Source of the DNA: an uncultured Pseudomonadota bacterium
Lineage (GTDB): Bacteria; Oederibacteriota; Muellerivitia; Muellerivitales; Muellerivitaceae
Direction of reading: 5' to 3'
Length of the DNA stretch: 64,000 nt
Assembly: GCA_963843375.1 (NCBI GenBank)
Contig: CAWJKT010000011.1
Span: 96,001-160,000 of the forward strand
Below the pieces are notes generated by a model. That model saw only the letters and a program-made list of their open reading frames with translations, made no database searches and was not told the origin of the DNA. Numbering within the stretch: the first letter of the stretch is position 1; each line of letters opens with the position of its first letter. The position numbers and the translations under genes were made by a program. Shown piece after piece: positions 59,223-64,000 of this stretch.

Positions 59223-60470
59223 TCAGAAGAAAGTAAGCCCGACTCCCGCCTCAACGCCGGTGTAATCCAGCGTGGCATAATGTTCACCGCCGTTGCCGAT
59301 ATTGCCAGTACTGTCGGCGCCAAGCACTCCATTTCCAAACATAACCAAACCGTAATTATCATAATTACCGTTGGCGTCGGTAAAGCTTCCGTTGATGTTG
59401 GTAATTTTACAATAACGGCCCCGGGCGAAAAGACGAAGTCCCAGACGGTTGCCGATCTCGAAATCTCGGCCGATTCCAAGTTGGAATCCCACGTTTCCCC
59501 CATACATATTACCGGCGATCTCGTCGGCACCGGTAGTTGGTTGGGAAATGGTGTAATCGTAGTTATCATCAACGTAAGCCACGGCAAAATAATATCCCAC
59601 GCCGGCGGTGAGGAAGAACCGGCCGTCATGATCGGGAAGGAATAAATAGTAATCCAAAGTGAGTGGCAGGACATAAGGCTGAATGTTGACGGTTTCGAAG
59701 TCTCCACCGTTATTCAGTCTCAAGTTGGATTGGTAAGAATTAGTTTGAACGCCCCTTACGCCGATCGCGATTCCGTTATAGGGGTTCAGGAGGAATCCCA
59801 GTTCAACTCCCCCTTCAATGCCCCCATGATCCGCAGTGGCAATCCCGGTATCGGGCGGGTTATTACTAACAAAGGAATTGAAACTCGTCACGCTGCTGAA
59901 AATATCGGCCTGGTTGGACCAGTTATAAGCTAAATCAACATTAATCCAGTACCGTGCGTGGTTGATGGGAGCCAAGCCGTCTTTATAATCGACCATGGGC
60001 TGGGTCCGCCTCCAGGGATGTCGCCTTTGGACCATAACCGTGGTGGGCTGGCTTTCATCCCATTGATCCCCATTGGAGGGAGGAGGCGCCACATTGGGAT
60101 GGTCTTGGGACAAATTATTGAAATTGGACTGGTCCTGGGCTTGAGGAGTCCCCGAACTCTGTAAACTATTCACCTGTGTTTGTACTGTGGAATTATTCGG
60201 ATTAATTTGGAGGCTTTTTTGGTAGGCGGCTAGGGCGTCCGGGTTATCGTTCATTTTCATGTAAGCGTCGCCCATATCCTCATAGGACTGCCAATCATTG
60301 GGATTGGCTAGGACTGCCTGCTTGTAGTAATCCACGGCTTTGGCGTAGAGGCCTTTTTGGTAAACCGCATTTCCAAGGTCTTGGTAATCTTGGGCGGTTT
60401 GGGCAAGCAAAGCCACCGGCGACAGAAATAAAAGTAAAGCAATCAAACTGATAGCATTTTGATTTTTCAT
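59223..60470 (-). CDS. Exported TPR + outer-membrane beta-barrel domain protein
   Basis: Signal peptide; TPRs (LGNAVYQKGLYAKAVDYYKQAV, ALAAYQKSLQINPNN); Q/P linker; barrel strands ending EAGVGLTFF with terminal Phe. Confidence 0.8.
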   Translation of the reverse strand: MKNQNAISLIALLLFLSPVALLAQTAQDYQDLGNAVYQKGLYAKAVDYYKQAVLANPNDWQSYEDMGDAYMKMNDNPDALAAYQKSLQINPNNSTVQTQVNSLQSSGTPQAQDQSNFNNLSQDHPNVAPPPSNGDQWDESQPTTVMVQRRHPWRRTQPMVDYKDGLAPINHARYWINVDLAYNWSNQADIFSSVTSFNSFVSNNPPDTGIATADHGGIEGGVELGFLLNPYNGIAIGVRGVQTNSYQSNLRLNNGGDFETVNIQPYVLPLTLDYYLFLPDHDGRFFLTAGVGYYFAVAYVDDNYDYTISQPTTGADEIAGNMYGGNVGFQLGIGRDFEIGNRLGLRLFARGRYCKITNINGSFTDANGNYDNYGLVMFGNGVLGADSTGNIGNGGEHYATLDYTGVEAGVGLTFF

Positions 60471-60487
60471 TTTTCACCTCGTGTATT

Positions 60488-60517
60488 TTTGACGAGTCAG
60501 AGGTCTAAAACGTTACG
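60488..60517 (-). promoter_or_regulatory. Putative ECF-sigma promoter
   Basis: CGTAAC-N17-CGTCAAA just upstream of the GAGGTG RBS of the 60470 gene. Confidence 0.6.
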
Positions 60518-60597
60518 GAAAAAATTTAAAATCCCAGGCAAATCTTATTAAATCAACGAAATATAAAATATTCCAGAAATCCAGGGATTTTCAAGGC

Positions 60598-60975
60598 TTA
60601 AGAAACAGGATTGGGGGTGGGAGCAAAGGCCCTTTTTAGCGCGTCTTCCGAATTTGTGAATGAGCGGATCACTTTATTGTATTCCAATAATTCAAAGGCT
60701 TCATGAACCTCGGGTTTCATCCCTGACAAAACAAAGTTCCCGCCTTGATCGCGGAAACGCTGAAAGGTAGTGATAAGAAAGGCCCATCCCCCGCTGCTAA
60801 TGTAGTTTGTTTCCGCCAAGTCGAAAATTAAGTTTTTTTTAGTTGAGGCAAGAACCGCTTGAATAGCTTGTTCGATTTGGACAAGCGTATTGGCATGGAT
60901 AAATCCTGTCATTCGAAGCAGAACGACATCGGGGTTTAAGAGCGGATGGACAACGTCAATGGTGATGTTTTCCAT
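60598..60975 (-). CDS. STAS domain anti-sigma factor antagonist
   Basis: LIFDLAETNYISSGGW and VHEAFELL motifs. Confidence 0.9.
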   Translation of the reverse strand: MENITIDVVHPLLNPDVVLLRMTGFIHANTLVQIEQAIQAVLASTKKNLIFDLAETNYISSGGWAFLITTFQRFRDQGGNFVLSGMKPEVHEAFELLEYNKVIRSFTNSEDALKRAFAPTPNPVS

Positions 60976-61106
60976 AAATCCTCAGGAAAATGGAATGCTA
61001 TTTCACCTCAAGAATTACATTAAAAGGCCAAGAGCGAAAGGGAAATGTCTTTTAATTTAGGGCGTCGGTTTAACCTGAATTTATCCCGGCATAAGAAAAC
61101 GTTTTT

Positions 61107-62804
61107 CTACAACTTGGTGCCGTGTGAGGAGATCGAAGTGGGAACGGAAGGAGCCGGGAGCGTATTGTTTACCAGTGCTCTTTTTTTAAGTTGGCTTATC
61201 AGGTTTAACACTGTCCGATATTGATTAGGAAGATTTTCCTTTTTGTAGACCTCCGCCGCTTCGGAATAAGCTTGAAGGGCCCCGTCGAGGGCCTGTCCCC
61301 CGCCGGGGAATTTCGAGAGCAGAAGAAAATTATTTCCCAAATTAAATTGAGCCTCAGCGTAATCAAGCGGGGATTTATCGGCAGTCCATACTTTCAAGGA
61401 TTCTTGACAACATCGGATGGCGGCCAGGGCATTTTGTTGCTTGTCATGGATGAGCGCCAAGTGGTTATAAACCAGAGCTAGGTCGTAGGCCAGCTTGGCG
61501 TAATCGTTGGGATATTTTTCAAGGCTGCACACATTGAGGGCATCGTTATAGCTCACGATGGCCAGGGAGAAATTTTCCTTGGGATTCTTGAGGGATGCGT
61601 AAAGTCCAAAAATATTCCCGAGGACTAATTTCATCGTGAGGTAATTATAAGGATAGGTGTCCGGTTTGAAGATTTTCATGGCCTCCTTTTCCGCGTCCAA
61701 GGCTTGGTCCAAGAACCCCGGCTTCTTTGTGTATTCAAACTTATGGCATAAGATTTTCGCAATGTCGTTTTGAACGGTGGCGTAATAATAAGGGTAGGTA
61801 TCCTCCTTGAAAACTAGAAAGGAATTTCGAAAAGAGAGAAGGGATTCTGTAAGGAGCCCTTGGCTATTTTGGAGTTGATACCAATAGGAAAGGGTTTCGC
61901 CTTTATTCATTTGGGTAAGGGCGTAATCCTCGGGGTCACTGTCTATGGAAGCTACTTTCACGGCCGATTCATAGGCCGCCAAGGAACTTTGGATGTTTTC
62001 CAAAGTTGGGGAAGTTTCGGTCAGGCGCAGGAAGGCTTTGCCGATGCTGTTACAAAGTTTGACATATTCTTTTGGATGGTCTTCCGGGGTGAAATACTTG
62101 AGAGCCTCCTGATCAGCGTCCAGGGCCTTTTTTAAATTATCCAGCCGGTCTTTTTCCTCGGCCAGCTTCATGTAAACCGTACCGAGATTGAGCAGAATGG
62201 TAGCGGAAAGGCCTGCGTCCTTTTGATCCCGGGCCGCTTTTAGGGCCTGGTTGTACCAATCAATGCTCTCCTCGAGACGGGGTACCGTTTCCTTGATATC
62301 GGAAAGGATCGAGAGGGAATCACCCAAGGCGTTCAGCGCGCGGGAAAGTTTTTCGCGGTCGGCATGGATCAGGTCCTTTCCATAAATGGTTTTCAAAAGG
62401 TCCATTACGTCGTTGAGAGCGTCCACTGATTGTAGGGCGGCTTCCTTACCCCTGTTTTTTTGGGCTTGGCTTAAATAACAAAGGGCCAAACCGGTTTCGG
62501 CATCGGCATAATAAAGTGCGTCGTCTTTTTTCGAAAGTTTTGAAAGAGCGTCCTTGTAGTAACGGATGGCATCGGGCAGGGTCGATTCCTCCCGGGCAAG
62601 GCTCTCAGCTGTCTGTAAATCTAAACCGGCTTGGCGGATTTCGTCGGCCTTGGCCCGATTTTCTTCCATGACATAGGTGGACACCAGGGAGACGACTAAA
62701 ACCAAAAGCCCGCCTAAAATGGTGGCCATCAATGATTTGGCGTCGATAAAATCCGACCAGGGTTTTTTGGCTTTGGTTGTAGATTTCTTTTTGAGAGTAC
62801 GCAC
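61107..62804 (-). CDS. Membrane-anchored TPR-like repeat protein
   Basis: N-terminal TM, then ~47-aa repeats (PxxYAxxQxNLG type). Confidence 0.8.
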   Translation of the reverse strand: MRTLKKKSTTKAKKPWSDFIDAKSLMATILGGLLVLVVSLVSTYVMEENRAKADEIRQAGLDLQTAESLAREESTLPDAIRYYKDALSKLSKKDDALYYADAETGLALCYLSQAQKNRGKEAALQSVDALNDVMDLLKTIYGKDLIHADREKLSRALNALGDSLSILSDIKETVPRLEESIDWYNQALKAARDQKDAGLSATILLNLGTVYMKLAEEKDRLDNLKKALDADQEALKYFTPEDHPKEYVKLCNSIGKAFLRLTETSPTLENIQSSLAAYESAVKVASIDSDPEDYALTQMNKGETLSYWYQLQNSQGLLTESLLSFRNSFLVFKEDTYPYYYATVQNDIAKILCHKFEYTKKPGFLDQALDAEKEAMKIFKPDTYPYNYLTMKLVLGNIFGLYASLKNPKENFSLAIVSYNDALNVCSLEKYPNDYAKLAYDLALVYNHLALIHDKQQNALAAIRCCQESLKVWTADKSPLDYAEAQFNLGNNFLLLSKFPGGGQALDGALQAYSEAAEVYKKENLPNQYRTVLNLISQLKKRALVNNTLPAPSVPTSISSHGTKL

Positions 62805-63003
62805 GATTTTCCCAGTTTTTGAAATGGATCCCTTTTTTGAAAGTCAGTGGAATAAGAATGGGGTTTGAGAAGGGGATTTTCAATGATTTTTTGGTCTGGT
62901 TCAGAACGGGGAAGATAAAGGGCGGGCGGCTTTCGGCTGGATTTACTTCTTTTTACCCTTTAGAGTACCGAACTGTCTTCAATATAAATAAACAGGAACC
63001 GCC

Positions 63004-63825
63004 ATGATTTCTGCCTCACCTTTAATTGTCTCTAACCTCTCCAAGCGGTACAAATCCCGATATGGAGGGGATGAGGTGGAGGCCGTACGTGGCATTTCTT
63101 TTGAGGTGGCGTCGGGGGAGTGTTTCGGACTTCTGGGCCCCAACGGGGCCGGCAAATCCACAACCATCCAGTGCATTTCCGGTTTTTATCCCCTCACCGG
63201 GGGCGAGGTGCGGGTTGCGGGATATAATGTCCATTCGCAGCCCAAATTGGCCCGCAAGTCTTTAGGCGTCTGCAACCAGGATGAGACGTTGGATAGTGAT
63301 TTCAATTCTTTCGATCAATTGGTATTGCACGCAAGCTATTTCCGGATTCCCCCCGCCGAGGGAAAAAAGCGCGCCCATGAACTTTTGGAAAGATTCGGAC
63401 TAACGGACAAGGCCAAGGTGAACATCGAAGCCCTTTCGGGCGGAATGAAACGCCGCCTGCAGGTGGCCCGGGCCCTGGTTTCAAAACCCAAAGTTTTGGT
63501 GTTGGACGAGCCCACGACCGGACTGGATCCCGACGTAAGACGGATGCTTTGGGAGGCGTTAACCGAATCCCGTGCGCAGGGAACGGCCATCCTCCTTTGC
63601 ACCCATTACATGGAAGAAGCCGAGCGGCTTTGCGACCGGATCGCCATCCTGTCCCAGGGTAAAATTTTAGACGTGGACTCACCCGAACAACTCATCGCCA
63701 AGCATATCGCCCGGGATGAGGTGGAGGAAGAAGTGAGGCCAGGGGTAGTCTGGATACGGCGGCCCAACCTGGAGGACGTCTATCTCAAACTGACCGGAAG
63801 CCGTTTGGGGGTGGAGGGACTATGA
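63004..63825 (+). CDS. ABC-2 type exporter ATP-binding protein (NodI/DrrA-like)
   Basis: GLLGPNGAGKST, LSGGMKRRL, LDEPTTGLDP, THYMEEAERLCDR. Confidence 0.93.
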   Translation: MISASPLIVSNLSKRYKSRYGGDEVEAVRGISFEVASGECFGLLGPNGAGKSTTIQCISGFYPLTGGEVRVAGYNVHSQPKLARKSLGVCNQDETLDSDFNSFDQLVLHASYFRIPPAEGKKRAHELLERFGLTDKAKVNIEALSGGMKRRLQVARALVSKPKVLVLDEPTTGLDPDVRRMLWEALTESRAQGTAILLCTHYMEEAERLCDRIAILSQGKILDVDSPEQLIAKHIARDEVEEEVRPGVVWIRRPNLEDVYLKLTGSRLGVEGL

Positions 63826-64000
63826 TTCCCGATTCACTTTGGGGCGTCTGGCGCGTTTGGAGGCGTTACTATGCCGCATTCATGAAGAGCCTGGTTTATT
63901 ATTTGCTCACGACCTTCCTGGAGCCCATCTTCTACCTGCTTTCCTTCGGAATAGGGGTTGGTGCCCTAGTGGGAAACATTACCACGCAGGGCGTTCACCT
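63822..64000 (+). CDS. ABC-2 type permease (NodJ-like), truncated by the window end
   Basis: ATGA overlap with the ATPase gene; MIPDSLWGVWRVWRRYY...FLEPIFYLLSFGIGVGALVG. Confidence 0.85.
   Translation, partial: MIPDSLWGVWRVWRRYYAAFMKSLVYYLLTTFLEPIFYLLSFGIGVGALVGNITTQGVH

Noticed and set aside
1..64000. Mobile elements, prophage, defence systems, tRNA/rRNA
   Set aside because: I recognised no integrase, transposase, nuclease or RT genes and no structural RNA signatures by eye; small ncRNAs cannot be excluded without a covariance-model search.

Overview
This is a gene-dense bacterial chromosomal segment dominated by cell-envelope, efflux and stress functions. TolC, TonB and beta-barrel proteins indicate a diderm; the taxon cannot be determined from this window. 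I found no rRNA, tRNA, CRISPR array, transposase or phage genes. Main blocks: TetR/ECF sigma/membrane partner, then TolC-RND (no periplasmic adaptor gene)-ExbB-ExbD-TonB-TonB-dependent receptor; four paralogous GT-C/ArnT-PMT-like membrane glycosyltransferases plus one more GT-C-like protein; a degenerate three-gene mrpB-C-D cluster; an alpha-glucan degradation cluster (glucose dehydrogenase, debranching enzyme, GH63 glucosidase); an OmpR-family two-component system with an intramembrane-sensing-type kinase; two convergent MarR-EmrAB efflux operons; and many exported TPR/Sel1/NHL/lipoproteins. The strongest non-obvious signals are: (1) a 39-bp OmpR-type triple direct-repeat box present both beside the two-component system (46394) and 42 kb away in front of the TolC-RND-TonB locus (4032); (2) five ECF-type promoters (AAC-N16/17-CGT) in front of exported-protein genes; (3) an Asr-like 56-aa protein missing from the ORF track; (4) an Mrp remnant lacking several canonical charged residues. 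About 11 single-base frameshifts in 7 genes look like sequencing or assembly indels rather than real pseudogenes.
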